Assembly (NCBI GenBank): GCA_029880265.1
Contig: JAOUOT010000010.1
Location: forward strand, 10,761 to 74,760
Source of the DNA: Spirochaetia bacterium
GTDB lineage: Bacteria; Spirochaetota; Leptospiria; Turneriellales; JAOUOS01
Length of the DNA: 64,000 nucleotides
Direction of reading: 5' to 3'
Below the pieces are notes generated by a model that saw nothing but the letters and a program-made list of their open reading frames with translations, was not told where the DNA came from and did not search any database. Made by a program: the position numbers and the translations under genes. Positions 1 through 10,635 of the stretch are shown in pieces (position 1 is the stretch's first letter; each line of letters starts with the position of its first letter).

Positions 1-10
1 AAACCGAGAT

Positions 11-2011
11 ATGCTAAAAAGAAAGAACAATCGAAAAATAAATTTATATCTGTTTATTATATTGCTTCTTGTATTTGCCGCCTCTGCGGCGATGTATTTT
101 ACTCTTGAAGCTATTGAAAAGAAAGTTCGTCAAAATTATCTTTCTTCTCTTAAATCAATCTTAAACGTGACTCACGAGTCGCTGCAAATCTGGAAAAAAA
201 ATACAACAGAACGCATAAAGATATTTTCTAAAGACGATGAATTAAATAAGATGATAAAAAAACAGCTTGAATATAAAAATGGTATTCAAAAATTAAATTC
301 TTCGGCTTCAATAAAAAAGATGAAGAGTTATTTTAACAAACGTTTTTTATCTGAAGAAGAAAACGGTTTTTTTGTAATTGATTTAGAATATGTAAATATT
401 GCTTCTTCTCGCGAATCTAATATTGGGCTTCAAAATTTTCTTGCTCAAAACCATAAACAATATATTCAAAGAGCTTTTAAAGGCGAAACCGTTTTTATTC
501 CGCCGGTAAAGTCAGATGTGGCAGTAAAGACGAATTCAGGAAAACAGATTTCTGGCTACCCGTCTATTTATGTTTTGACCCCGGTATATTCAGATAGTAT
601 CGTTATTTCTGTTTTGGGAGCGCAGATAGATCCGTATAATACCTTCAGCAAGATTGCGCATATAGGACGAATGGGAAATTCTGGAGAAACTTATTTTTTC
701 AACTCAGATGCAAAGCTTTTAACTTCAAGCCGTTTTGAAGAGCGTCTTGTTCAAATGGGATTATTAAAAGAAGAGACGCCCAGCATATTAAATGTTGATA
801 TACGCGACCCTGGGGGTAACCTGCTTGAAGGGTACGTTTCTGAAATGCCGCGCGAAAAGCAGCCTTTTACGGTTATGGCGCAAAGCGCTCTTAAGAAAAA
901 TAACTCAAGCAATGATTCGGGCTATAACGACTATCGAGGCGTTTTGGTCATTGGCGCGTGGCTTTGGGATAACAATATTGATATCGGTATAACTACAGAA
1001 ATTGATCTGGAAGAGGCGCTTGAATCTTATCATCGAACCAGAATAACGGTTATATTTATGCTTGCCGTTGTCTTGTTTTTTGTTTTTGGAATGTTCGGCA
1101 TTATCTTGATATATCGCCACAAAAATGAAGCGTCTCTTAGACAGGCCGCCGCTGTTTTTAGCAACATTAAAGAAGGTATAGTGATTACAGATACCAGAGG
1201 CGTTATTGAAGATATAAATTCGGCTTTTGAAGAGATTACCGGTTATAGCGCCAAAGATGTTTTAGGAAAAAACATTAATATTTTAAACACGGGAACGTTA
1301 AACGAAGACTTTTACATGAAAATGTGGAACGAGTTAAGAGAAAAAGGCTCATGGAAGGGCGATTTCAGGAATAAAAAAGCAAACGGCGAAATGTTTGTTC
1401 AGGAAAGCTCTATTGTCGCCATAAGAAACCATAAAGGAAATATTATAAGATATGCCAGTATATTCAGCGATATTACCGAAAGAAAAGACGCTGAACTGGT
1501 TCTTAAAAAAATGTCAATAACCGACGGTCTTACGGGTATCCCGAACAGAAGAATGTTTGACGATATCCTGAAAGAAGAGACAAACCGTATGATGCGCACA
1601 AAAGGTTCTCTGGCCCTGGTTTTAATTGATGTTGATTTTTTTAAGCAATACAACGATAAATACGGTCATCTTGCCGGAGACGAATGTCTTCAAAAGCTGG
1701 CGCGAGTTTTTCAAAACGCCGCAAGGCGCTCCGGAGAGCTTTCGGCGCGCTACGGCGGCGAAGAGTTTGCCGTCATACTGCCTTCAATTGAAAAAGACAG
1801 GGCATTTGAATTTGCCGAAAGAATTCGCCTCGATGTTGAAAAACTTAAAATACCCCATGAGCTTTCAAAAGCAGCCTCTTATGTCACTATAAGTCTTGGC
1901 GTAGGGTACGCAGACGGAAGCGTGAAAATTACCGCCGAAGAACTGCTAAAAAAAACCGACGCTTCATTATACGAAGCGAAAAAACAGGGGCGCAACCGGG
2001 TCGTAGGGTAG
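11..2011 (+). CDS. Membrane-bound diguanylate cyclase (periplasmic Cache-like sensor, PAS, GGDEF)
   Basis: Two TM segments flank a sensor region. PAS motif (INSAFEEITGYS..LGKN), then TDGLTGIPNRR, DVDFFKQYNDKYGHLAGD and RYGGEEF. Confidence 0.93.
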   Translation: MLKRKNNRKINLYLFIILLLVFAASAAMYFTLEAIEKKVRQNYLSSLKSILNVTHESLQIWKKNTTERIKIFSKDDELNKMIKKQLEYKNGIQKLNSSASIKKMKSYFNKRFLSEEENGFFVIDLEYVNIASSRESNIGLQNFLAQNHKQYIQRAFKGETVFIPPVKSDVAVKTNSGKQISGYPSIYVLTPVYSDSIVISVLGAQIDPYNTFSKIAHIGRMGNSGETYFFNSDAKLLTSSRFEERLVQMGLLKEETPSILNVDIRDPGGNLLEGYVSEMPREKQPFTVMAQSALKKNNSSNDSGYNDYRGVLVIGAWLWDNNIDIGITTEIDLEEALESYHRTRITVIFMLAVVLFFVFGMFGIILIYRHKNEASLRQAAAVFSNIKEGIVITDTRGVIEDINSAFEEITGYSAKDVLGKNINILNTGTLNEDFYMKMWNELREKGSWKGDFRNKKANGEMFVQESSIVAIRNHKGNIIRYASIFSDITERKDAELVLKKMSITDGLTGIPNRRMFDDILKEETNRMMRTKGSLALVLIDVDFFKQYNDKYGHLAGDECLQKLARVFQNAARRSGELSARYGGEEFAVILPSIEKDRAFEFAERIRLDVEKLKIPHELSKAASYVTISLGVGYADGSVKITAEELLKKTDASLYEAKKQGRNRVVG

Positions 2012-2150
2012 ACGACGATATCTCAGATATTTAGACATTTTTGGCCGATAATATAAAAAAATAATAGCAAAACTCTAAAATAGCGTTAAAAGATTTATTA
2101 TTTTCTATACAAAATCTTTTTAATTTACGGTTATACTATATTAATAAACG

Positions 2151-3755
2151 ATGAAAAAAATTAAATTAGTATTTTTACTGGCTTGTATTTTAATGGTCAA
2201 TTGTACGTCTACGGGCTGGATAAGGCCCGATTTGAAAGACGATTTAGAAGGCGATGAGAAAACGCAAATTCGAAATCTTGAAAACCAAAAAAAAGAATTA
2301 GCCAATGAAAAAATACAAACCGAAAAAATTGAAAAATCTGTCGCGATTTCGCCGGTTGAAGATAAAAACCCCGAAGCTCTTCTTTTTAAGAAAAATGATG
2401 ATTTGCCTTCGACCAAAATACAAAACGGAAAATATCCGGTTCAGCTATCGGGCGATCGATTTGTCAGAGAAGTTAAATTTCATCCGCGAGTAAAGAAAGA
2501 AACAACCGTCATTACAATTATGGGAAACGCGCAAATAAAATACGGCAATATGATATTGAAAGCCCCTATATTTGAAGTTTTAGGAGAGAAACAGCAATTA
2601 GCTGTCGCGAAAAAGGGAATTACTTTTGAAGATAAAAAAGAGAAGATCGATTTAATAGCCGGTTTTGCCGAATATTTTAAGAATGAAGAAAGGCTGATTG
2701 CGCGAAATAAACCGCAGATTAAATGGCGGCGCATAAAAGAGCGCGATGAAATTAAGATTCGTTCAAATGAAATAGAAAGAATTTTTGCTTCAAAAATGAC
2801 AACAGCCTGGGGCAACGTATATGTCGAAAACGACGAGATTTATTTGTTTGCCCAAAAAGCTTCGTTATATGAAAAAGAAAAAAAACTGACGGCAGAAAAA
2901 GAGCCTAAAATATTTCAGAAAGAAAATATTATATCAGCCGGATTTATGACCTATTATATTGATAAGAAGAAAGTTATATTAACTAATCCCGTTAAAATTT
3001 TATTTACCGCTCCCGAAGGCGCGGGTTCAGAAATTATAAATACAGAGCAAAACAATGAAGGGTCTCAAAACGCTGAAAGGGGAAAAGTAACCGGCGCAAT
3101 AGAAAGCTATGAAGCCGTTTATGAGTTTTCTAAAGATATACCCGAAAAGAAAGTCATATTATTAAATTCGGGAAATAATAAGCCGGTAAGAGTTGAGAAC
3201 GACGATTTTTTTATGACATGTCAAAAAGTTAAGGCCGCAGGAGAAAAACAGGAGAGAATTACAGCTCAGGGGAATATAAAGGGATATATTAAAAAAAGCA
3301 ATTTATGGATATTTTCAGAGTTGGCCGATTATTTTCGGGAAGAAAAAAAACTTATTATTCAAACTGTTGAAAATAAAGATAAAAAAGAAATAATGCCGCA
3401 AATTGACGTATATTCCGGCGGAAATAAAAAAAATATGAGTTTAAGCGCGAGAATCATTGAAAGAATAATTCCCGAAAAAAAAATAATCGCAAGAGGAAAC
3501 GTTCAAATTGAATACTGGGGAGAGCTTCAAACCGGCATTCTTGACGATTCAAAAAGCGGCGGAGAAAATGGAAAGGTCGTTATGGGCGGCGAATGGGCAG
3601 AAATGACAGACGACGATGAAACGGTTGAAATAACGGGAAGCCCCTTTATCAAGAGCGGAAAAAATAAAATCTATGCGACGAAAATAATATTATTCAGCAA
3701 AGAGAAAAGAGCAGAGATAAAAGGCAAGATTCACGGTTCTTTGGGAAAAGAATAG
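2151..3755 (+). CDS. LptA/OstA-like beta-jellyroll lipoprotein
   Basis: Lipobox-like LMVNC. Repeated OstA-type strands (IMGNAQI, TAWGNVYV, TAQGNIK, IARGNVQI, ITGSPFI). Confidence 0.65.
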   Translation: MKKIKLVFLLACILMVNCTSTGWIRPDLKDDLEGDEKTQIRNLENQKKELANEKIQTEKIEKSVAISPVEDKNPEALLFKKNDDLPSTKIQNGKYPVQLSGDRFVREVKFHPRVKKETTVITIMGNAQIKYGNMILKAPIFEVLGEKQQLAVAKKGITFEDKKEKIDLIAGFAEYFKNEERLIARNKPQIKWRRIKERDEIKIRSNEIERIFASKMTTAWGNVYVENDEIYLFAQKASLYEKEKKLTAEKEPKIFQKENIISAGFMTYYIDKKKVILTNPVKILFTAPEGAGSEIINTEQNNEGSQNAERGKVTGAIESYEAVYEFSKDIPEKKVILLNSGNNKPVRVENDDFFMTCQKVKAAGEKQERITAQGNIKGYIKKSNLWIFSELADYFREEKKLIIQTVENKDKKEIMPQIDVYSGGNKKNMSLSARIIERIIPEKKIIARGNVQIEYWGELQTGILDDSKSGGENGKVVMGGEWAEMTDDDETVEITGSPFIKSGKNKIYATKIILFSKEKRAEIKGKIHGSLGKE

Positions 3756-3844
3756 GGTATATCGTTTAAGACTTATCTATAGGCGTGTATTGATTGACAG
3801 CCTTGCTCTTAAACAATAAAAATCCCTAAAATATTTAACTAAAA

Positions 3845-6214
3845 ATGAAAGAAGAGAAAGAAAAGAAAGAAAAGACCAAACAACCTTTAAAAAATAAGAA
3901 ACAAAATATTTTTAATAAGATAAAAAAGTTTGGGCTTGAAATATTAAAAGAAGAAGAGGCCGCCGCCGATAGCGCGAAAAAAATAGCAAAAAATCTTGTA
4001 AAAGGTTTTATCGCGGCTGTGCATAAATTCATTAAAGACGAAGCTTTAATTAGAGCGACTTCGGTCAGTTATTCTCTGGTTATAAGCTTTATTCCCGCTT
4101 TAGTTGTGGCCTTGATTATCGGCTCAAAATATATCGATAAAGAACTGGTTTTTTTATACGCGCAGGAGTTCTTAAGAAAAGAAAATATACAAATTGATTT
4201 AATGCCGTATAAAGAAGTTATCGATACGCTTTTTCAAAACGCGAACGCCATCGGCGGTATCGGTTTTATGGTTATGTTTTTCTCGGCGACCAGCGTTTTA
4301 AGAAATCTTGAGAATGCTTTAAATAAAATATGGAAAGTTCAAAAACAAAGACCCTTTATTCAGAAGATTTCTGGGTTTATGATGGTTATGATATTTGGCC
4401 CCATGCTTTTAGCCTTGGGCATATCGTTTGCCGATTCGTTGTTTTCAAAATTTGTATCTCCTGATTTAAACGTTATAAAATACATTGAAGACGATCCCGT
4501 TATTTTGGGCGAAAAGAATGTCTGGTTGAAAAGAACGGGTAACGCATGGCAATATTTAAGCGTTATTGATAAAGTAGACGAACAGGCTCAAAAAGAACCT
4601 GTTATATTTAACGCCTCAGTAAATAAAATTTATGAAGGCGAAGAAAAAGAAAAATATAAAGCCAACGCGGCTTATGCCGATTTATCGTCTTTGAAAACGG
4701 CCTCTTTTAAAGACGCCGCAAAGATAAAAAATAAGATTTGGCTTATTGCCGATCAAGGCGTCATGCTTTATTCAAAGAATAACGGCAAAACATGGGATGT
4801 TCAAAAATTTTGGCGCGAAGATATTATGCTATTTGAGCCCTCATTTAATAAAATAAAGATGTTTGACGAAAACAGGGGAGTTATTATAGGCAAAAAAGGT
4901 TTAATTTTAGTAACTGAAGACGGCGGAAAAAAGTGGCGGCCCAATTACCATCCGCATGTAAGAGAGAATTTTAACGATATTGTAACGATAAATCAAGATA
5001 CTCTGGTTATTGCGGGCGATTCTTATGCGCTTTTAACGAGCAAAGACAGCGGAAAATCATGGGAGATTCCCGTTAATTTTGAAGCGACCCGAACAATAGA
5101 AAACGAAAATTTAAGAAGCGTCTACGTTTTAAAAGATAAAATAATGATATGCGGCGATCAAGGCGTGTTATTGACAAGTTCTGATGCGGGCGTAAATTGG
5201 CAGAAAAAAAGACTAGGCGCGCGAAAGTATGATTTCAATAAAATATTATTTATAAACGCCAAAAAAGGTTTAATCGCCGGAGAAGACGGAATAATGGCAT
5301 ATACAAAAAACGGCGGATATGACTGGCATTTTGTCGATTCTAAAATAACGCAAAATATTAACGATATTTTTCACATAGCTCATGAAAAAAAAATTTATGC
5401 CGTTGCAGACGCCTATCATATTTTAGCCGCGCATGAAGATACATTTTATGATTTTAATATCGCGCAAAAATCTCCGTTTTGGCGGCAGTTCATTTCGGCC
5501 GTGGCCAACTTTATTTTGCCATTTTTTGTCATTTGGATTGTTATCTTTCTGGTTTATAAAGTAATTCCGTATACGCAAATAAGCGGCAAAGCGGCAGGCA
5601 TAGGCGCCGCGGCGGCTTCTCTTATGCTGGTCTTGTTTTCATATTTTTTGAAATTTATTCCGTTTTTTTTCAAGGGAACAATCGCAATTTACGGTACCCT
5701 GGCGGCGATACCGATAGGTCTTTTGCTGGTTTATGCCATGATTTTAATTGTATTGTTTGGGGCAGAGACGGCTTTCTTTGTTCAGTATCCCTATATGGCC
5801 AGGCTTTCATTAAAGCAAATGACGACCCAAACAGAAAAAAAACAAATCTGGTACGGCTTTAAGGTTCTTCAAATTATTTTTGAAGATTTTGAAAAGGGAA
5901 GGGGAAAGGTAAAAGAAACAAAATTATTAAAAGCCTGCGGTAATAATGAAGAAGAACTTGAGTTTATCTTAAATGCTCTTGAAAAGAGGTCTATACTTCA
6001 AAGAGTAGACAATATTTTCTGGATGCCCTCTTCTTCGGCAAAAAACATTTATTTAAAAGATCTTATTGAATTGCTTGACAAAACCGGTTTTGAAATTCCG
6101 GCTTTTAACAAAAATGACAAATTCATGAAAGCTTCAAAAGAGATATTTCAAAAGATTAAAAATCAACGCGTTGATGTCGTAAAAGACGCTACTTTTGAAG
6201 ATATGATAAAGTAA
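3845..6214 (+). CDS. YihY/BrkB family membrane protein with inserted BNR/YCF48-like propeller and C-terminal winged-helix-like tail
   Basis: YihY motifs (ATSVSYSLVISFIP, LENALNKIW, AIYGTLAAIPIGLL, VLFGAE) are split by Asp-box repeats (SKNNGKTW, TEDGGKKW, SKDSGKSW, SSDAGVNW, TKNGGYDW). Confidence 0.85.
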   Translation: MKEEKEKKEKTKQPLKNKKQNIFNKIKKFGLEILKEEEAAADSAKKIAKNLVKGFIAAVHKFIKDEALIRATSVSYSLVISFIPALVVALIIGSKYIDKELVFLYAQEFLRKENIQIDLMPYKEVIDTLFQNANAIGGIGFMVMFFSATSVLRNLENALNKIWKVQKQRPFIQKISGFMMVMIFGPMLLALGISFADSLFSKFVSPDLNVIKYIEDDPVILGEKNVWLKRTGNAWQYLSVIDKVDEQAQKEPVIFNASVNKIYEGEEKEKYKANAAYADLSSLKTASFKDAAKIKNKIWLIADQGVMLYSKNNGKTWDVQKFWREDIMLFEPSFNKIKMFDENRGVIIGKKGLILVTEDGGKKWRPNYHPHVRENFNDIVTINQDTLVIAGDSYALLTSKDSGKSWEIPVNFEATRTIENENLRSVYVLKDKIMICGDQGVLLTSSDAGVNWQKKRLGARKYDFNKILFINAKKGLIAGEDGIMAYTKNGGYDWHFVDSKITQNINDIFHIAHEKKIYAVADAYHILAAHEDTFYDFNIAQKSPFWRQFISAVANFILPFFVIWIVIFLVYKVIPYTQISGKAAGIGAAAASLMLVLFSYFLKFIPFFFKGTIAIYGTLAAIPIGLLLVYAMILIVLFGAETAFFVQYPYMARLSLKQMTTQTEKKQIWYGFKVLQIIFEDFEKGRGKVKETKLLKACGNNEEELEFILNALEKRSILQRVDNIFWMPSSSAKNIYLKDLIELLDKTGFEIPAFNKNDKFMKASKEIFQKIKNQRVDVVKDATFEDMIK

Positions 6215-7030
6215 TTGATTCAAGTGAAATTTGCTTTTACCATTCAGTACTCTGGTCATTCTTTTTATGGGTTTCAAAGACAGAAAGATTTTCGTACTGT
6301 TCAAGAAACTATTGAAAATGCCTTATTTACCCTTTTGCGTCAGAATATTCGCATTCATGCCGCCGGCAGAACCGATACGGGCGTTCACGCCGTCGGTCAG
6401 GTCATTCATTTTTCATACGGCGGCAAAAGCGCTTTGTTAAATGATTTGCATAAGTTTATTTATGCCGTTAATTCGGTACTGCCGCCTGAGGTTTCTTTTG
6501 TTTACGGCAGGCCGGTATCTAACGATTTTCACGCGCGTTTTTCGTGCAAGGGCAGAGATTATTTATATAGAATTTTAAACAGCCCTTACAGAATGGCCCT
6601 GTACCGCGAAACGTCTCATTGGGTAAGATCAAAGCTTTATATAAAAAGAATGCGCGAAGCGGCTGAAAGATTGATTGGCGAGCATGATTTTGCCGCCTTT
6701 ACAAAAGCAATATATAAAAAAAACGGAGAGAAAACCGTAAGAAGAATCGATAAAATTTATATTGTTGAAAGTTATCCTTTTGTCGATTTTTATTATTGCG
6801 GTTCGGGCTTTCTTCATAACATGATTCGAATTATTACGGGAACCCTATTACAGGCAGGCAAAGGCAAACTGACGCCAGACGATATTTCAAATATACTAAA
6901 TGATCAGCAAAGAGATTTAGCCGGCCAGACCATACCGCCGTGCGGGCTGCATTTTATAAACGCGTATTATGACGAATATGAAACGCCCGTTGAATTATTG
7001 CCGTTTAGCGCAGACAAGGTCGTCGAGTGA
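6215..7030 (+). CDS. truA: tRNA pseudouridine(38-40) synthase
   Basis: GFQRQ, AGRTDTGVHA, FHARFS, GEHDFAAF, FLHNMIRII. Start is TTG 6215 or GTG 6224. Confidence 0.96.
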   Translation: MIQVKFAFTIQYSGHSFYGFQRQKDFRTVQETIENALFTLLRQNIRIHAAGRTDTGVHAVGQVIHFSYGGKSALLNDLHKFIYAVNSVLPPEVSFVYGRPVSNDFHARFSCKGRDYLYRILNSPYRMALYRETSHWVRSKLYIKRMREAAERLIGEHDFAAFTKAIYKKNGEKTVRRIDKIYIVESYPFVDFYYCGSGFLHNMIRIITGTLLQAGKGKLTPDDISNILNDQQRDLAGQTIPPCGLHFINAYYDEYETPVELLPFSADKVVE

Positions 7031-7194
7031 TTTATACGCCGCATTGGCCCGCGGTATGCTTCGTTTATTATACAAAAATTTAATATTTTTTACTCGTCAC
7101 GCTGACTCAAACATAATTTTAATGCAAGCTCAAAGCGCGGCGATTAAGAACGGTTGTATCTCAGGCGCTAAGAGGGCTAAAAGAGAGAAAGAAC

Positions 7195-8322
7195 TTGTCT
7201 GAAAAGTTGATAAATCCGTATCCTGTATTAAAAATTTCGCGTAAGGCTTTAAGAAATAATCTTGAAGTTTTAAAAAAAGTTATTTCAAGATCAGATAAAG
7301 ACGTAAAAGTCTTAATACCGGTAAAGGCAAACGCCTACGGTTTCGGAATTTCAACTCTGTTGCCTTTTTTTCAGGAAGAAAAAATAGAATATCTCGGGGT
7401 GGCAAACCCTTATGAAGGCGAGATGCTGCGAAACTTAGGTTGGCGGCATGAAATATTAAACCTCGGCGGATTTTATCGCGAAAACGCGGACGATTTTTTT
7501 AAGAATAAGATCATACCGTCTGTTACCGATATTTGGCAGATATCTCTGTTAAACGAAAGAGCCAAAGCATATAATCAAAAGGCAAATATTCAATTAAAGC
7601 TTGATTTTGGCATGGGCAGAATAGGCTTCAAAGAAGAAAGTTTTCATGAAATGATAACAGAGATTAAAAAAGCCGAAAATCTTAAAGTTACGGGTATTTT
7701 CATTCATTTGCCCTCGGCCGATTCTGACGATATGAACGCGACCAGAAAAATAATTGAAAAATTCTCAGGCGGCGCAAAATATTTAATTAACGAACTGAAT
7801 TTAAAAGAAAACGAAGTTTTACTTCATGCGGCAAACAGTTACGGAACTCTCTTGTATCCTGAAAGTCATTTTGATATGATAAGACCGGGGCTCGTTTTTT
7901 ACGGATACTTTCAAAACCGAAAAGATAAAGAAAAGCTTGAAAAAAAATATCCAATAAAACCCGCGTTATCTTTATGGGCAAAACCAATAAGCGTTAGAGA
8001 TTTAAAAAAAGGCGATACCATATCTTATGGCTCGACTTATACGGTAGAAAAAGAGAATATAAACGCGGGAGTCTTTCCTCTTGGGTATGCCGACGGCATT
8101 TTAAGGGCCCTTTCAAATAATATTGTTTTTGAAGATTATCCTTTATTGGGCAGGGTCACAATGGATCAAATCGTATTGGGCGGCGTTTACGAAAAAGAAA
8201 AGTATGTTCAAATTATAGGCGAAAAATCGCCGCCTCTTGAATATTGGGCAGATGCGGCAAATACGATTACATATGAAATATTAACCGGTTTCGGCGGCAG
8301 GCTTCAAAGAGAACTGGTTTAG
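7195..8322 (+). CDS. alr: Alanine racemase
   Basis: PVKANAYG (PLP lysine), DFGMGRIG, HAANS, IRPGL, ISYG, GYADG, GRVTMDQ, TITYE. TTG start. Confidence 0.95.
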   Translation: MSEKLINPYPVLKISRKALRNNLEVLKKVISRSDKDVKVLIPVKANAYGFGISTLLPFFQEEKIEYLGVANPYEGEMLRNLGWRHEILNLGGFYRENADDFFKNKIIPSVTDIWQISLLNERAKAYNQKANIQLKLDFGMGRIGFKEESFHEMITEIKKAENLKVTGIFIHLPSADSDDMNATRKIIEKFSGGAKYLINELNLKENEVLLHAANSYGTLLYPESHFDMIRPGLVFYGYFQNRKDKEKLEKKYPIKPALSLWAKPISVRDLKKGDTISYGSTYTVEKENINAGVFPLGYADGILRALSNNIVFEDYPLLGRVTMDQIVLGGVYEKEKYVQIIGEKSPPLEYWADAANTITYEILTGFGGRLQRELV

Positions 8323-8769
8323 GGGATGCCCCTTGAAAATAATTTCTTCTGATATAATTTTACTTCCGTTTAGTTTTACGCGCATAACGCCGTTTGATTT
8401 TAAAAATTTATCAAGCCCGTGAAGTTTCTCAAGAGCTTCCTGAAGATTTTCAAATTCATAATAAATTGCGTAATTTTGAGATTTGTAATTATATGGGTAA
8501 GGCATAATCATTAAAAGCGTTACTCTGTGAATATTTTGAGATTCTTCTAACGCAATATGAGAGACCTTTCTTTGCCAGACTATTTTTTCAAATAAGGTAT
8601 CTTTGAGGTTTACTTCTTCTCTTGGCGCAGTTTTTTGCCCGTTTTCAGAGAAAAGAGGAAAGCTCATGATAATAAATAAAAAAGAAAAAAATAAAAATAC
8701 TCTTCGATTAAAATTAAAAAGCAATAAAAAGATATATTCTATTTTTCTAGAAATTTGCCTTATATTCAT
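8281..8769 (-). CDS. Hypothetical exported/membrane protein (true start may be downstream)
   Basis: Open frame co-oriented with the hemerythrin gene, with a hydrophobic signal-like segment. No recognised motif. Confidence 0.55.
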   Translation of the reverse strand: MNIRQISRKIEYIFLLLFNFNRRVFLFFSFLFIIMSFPLFSENGQKTAPREEVNLKDTLFEKIVWQRKVSHIALEESQNIHRVTLLMIMPYPYNYKSQNYAIYYEFENLQEALEKLHGLDKFLKSNGVMRVKLNGSKIISEEIIFKGHPLNQFSLKPAAETG

Positions 8770-8789
8770 GCCTATAAGATCGGCATATT

Positions 8790-9212
8790 TTAAGATTTTT
8801 TTTCTTTTAAATAAGGAACATACTGCATATCAACCATGAGTATATGCGAGGTCAGCCATTCAAAAATAAAATCTTTTAATTCAGATAAATTGACCTCTTT
8901 ATTCGCGTCAATATCGTCTTTATATTGCATTACTTTTAATGTAAGCATATCATGCCCCAGCTTATGCTTTGTTAAATCAGGGTAATCGTTTAGCTCTAAA
9001 AGATTTTCTTCAAAAATAAAATGTTTTAAGGTGTAATCGAGAAGATCCATGACAACTTCAATAGCCATTGAATTGCCTTCTTCGTTATTTTTTAGTTGAT
9101 TATTAAGTTTTTCCAGAAGATCAAAAATTCTTTTATGCTGATCGTCTATGTCTTGATTGCCCGTTAAGTATTTCTCGTTCCAGGTTAATTCTGTCGTTGT
9201 GCTCATGTCCAT
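8790..9212 (-). CDS. Bacteriohemerythrin
   Basis: W..KY.TG...IDDQHK, HFIFEE, HKLGH, WLTSHILMVD iron-ligand pattern. Confidence 0.95.
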   Translation of the reverse strand: MDMSTTTELTWNEKYLTGNQDIDDQHKRIFDLLEKLNNQLKNNEEGNSMAIEVVMDLLDYTLKHFIFEENLLELNDYPDLTKHKLGHDMLTLKVMQYKDDIDANKEVNLSELKDFIFEWLTSHILMVDMQYVPYLKEKKS

Positions 9213-9266
9213 TAATCCTATAATATAATATAAAAAAAAATCAAGTCAAAAAAAAATGAAAATAAT

Positions 9267-10610
9267 TTAAAAATTTTCAAAAACAGCTTTTCTTACCTCG
9301 TCGATTTCAGAGTCTAATTCAAGCGGTTTGTTTTGATGTTTTACGGTTACATCGTCAAGAGAGCTTTCATGGTATTTTACCTTGAAATCGGCAAATTTTA
9401 AGCCGTTTGCCGTAGAAATAACCACTACCGACTCGTCTTTTGTAATAATATTTTGATTTTTTAGCTTCAGCAGAGCCGCAAGAGCCACGCCGGTATGGGG
9501 GTCGGTAAAGAGCCCCGATTTATCGGCAAGACCGGCTGCATTTGAAAGCTCGTCTTCAGAAGCTTGCTCTACAATACCGTTAAATTCTTTCAGCGTGTTT
9601 ACCGCCTTATCTATTGAAACGGGGTTTCCTATTTGTATGGCTGAGGCCAGAGTTTGACCGGCTTTAACCGGCTTGAAATTTTCAAAACCGTTTTTATAGG
9701 CAAGATACAGCGGGTTTGCTTTTTGCGTCTGGGCGACGGCAATGCGCGGTTTTTTTTGAATAAGACCCAAATCATAGAGCAGACTAATGCCCCTGCCTAA
9801 GGCCGATACATTGCCAAGGTTTCCGCCGGGTATGATAAACCAGTCGGGAACCTGCCAGTTTAACTGCTGTATAACCTCTATGCCCACGGTTTTTTGCCCC
9901 TCAATTCTAAGACTGTTCATTGAATTGGCCAGGTAAATTTCTTTTTCAAGAGTCAGCTTTTGCACGATTTCCATACATCCGTCAAAATCTGTGTTTAACG
10001 ATAAAACAAGAGCGTTATTTGCAACCGGTTGTATAAGCTGGGCGAGAGAGATTTTATTTTTAGGAAGTAAAATAACGCATGGGATATCTGCCTTTGCTGC
10101 ATATGCGGCAAGAGCCGCGGATGTATCGCCGGTAGACGCGCAGGCGATGGCTTTTACGGGTTTCCCTCTTTTAATCATAGAGTTTACCTGGCTTACAAGT
10201 ACTGTCATGCCCAAGTCTTTGAAAGAGCCTGTATGGCTGTTTCCGCAGAGTTTAACCCTCAGATCTTGATTAAAAAGGCTGTCAAGTTTTTCAGATTTAT
10301 AAAGATAGGTATAACCTTCGCCCATTGAGACAATATGCTCGTTTTCAATTTCGGGAAGAACCCATTCTTTTTTCGACCATACCCCCGAATCGTCGGGAAA
10401 GTCTACCGAACGGTATCTGGCCGCAAATTCAGACTTCCAGCTTTCGGCAGATTTCTCTTTTAGTGCCGTTATGTCATGAAAGACTTCAAGAAGACTGTTG
10501 CAGTTTTTACACCGGTAAATTACTTGGTCGAGATTGTATTTTTCGCCGCATTTTGATATACACTGAAAATATGCCGTATTTTTCATGCAGGCATTTTTAA
10601 AAATGATCAC
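9267..10610 (-). CDS. thrC: Threonine synthase
   Basis: HTGSFKDLGM, CASTGDTSA, NSMNSLRIEGQKT, PGGNLGN, DPHTGVA. Confidence 0.95.
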   Translation of the reverse strand: MIIFKNACMKNTAYFQCISKCGEKYNLDQVIYRCKNCNSLLEVFHDITALKEKSAESWKSEFAARYRSVDFPDDSGVWSKKEWVLPEIENEHIVSMGEGYTYLYKSEKLDSLFNQDLRVKLCGNSHTGSFKDLGMTVLVSQVNSMIKRGKPVKAIACASTGDTSAALAAYAAKADIPCVILLPKNKISLAQLIQPVANNALVLSLNTDFDGCMEIVQKLTLEKEIYLANSMNSLRIEGQKTVGIEVIQQLNWQVPDWFIIPGGNLGNVSALGRGISLLYDLGLIQKKPRIAVAQTQKANPLYLAYKNGFENFKPVKAGQTLASAIQIGNPVSIDKAVNTLKEFNGIVEQASEDELSNAAGLADKSGLFTDPHTGVALAALLKLKNQNIITKDESVVVISTANGLKFADFKVKYHESSLDDVTVKHQNKPLELDSEIDEVRKAVFENF

Positions 10611-10635
10611 ATGTTTTCAATGATAATTTGATTTA

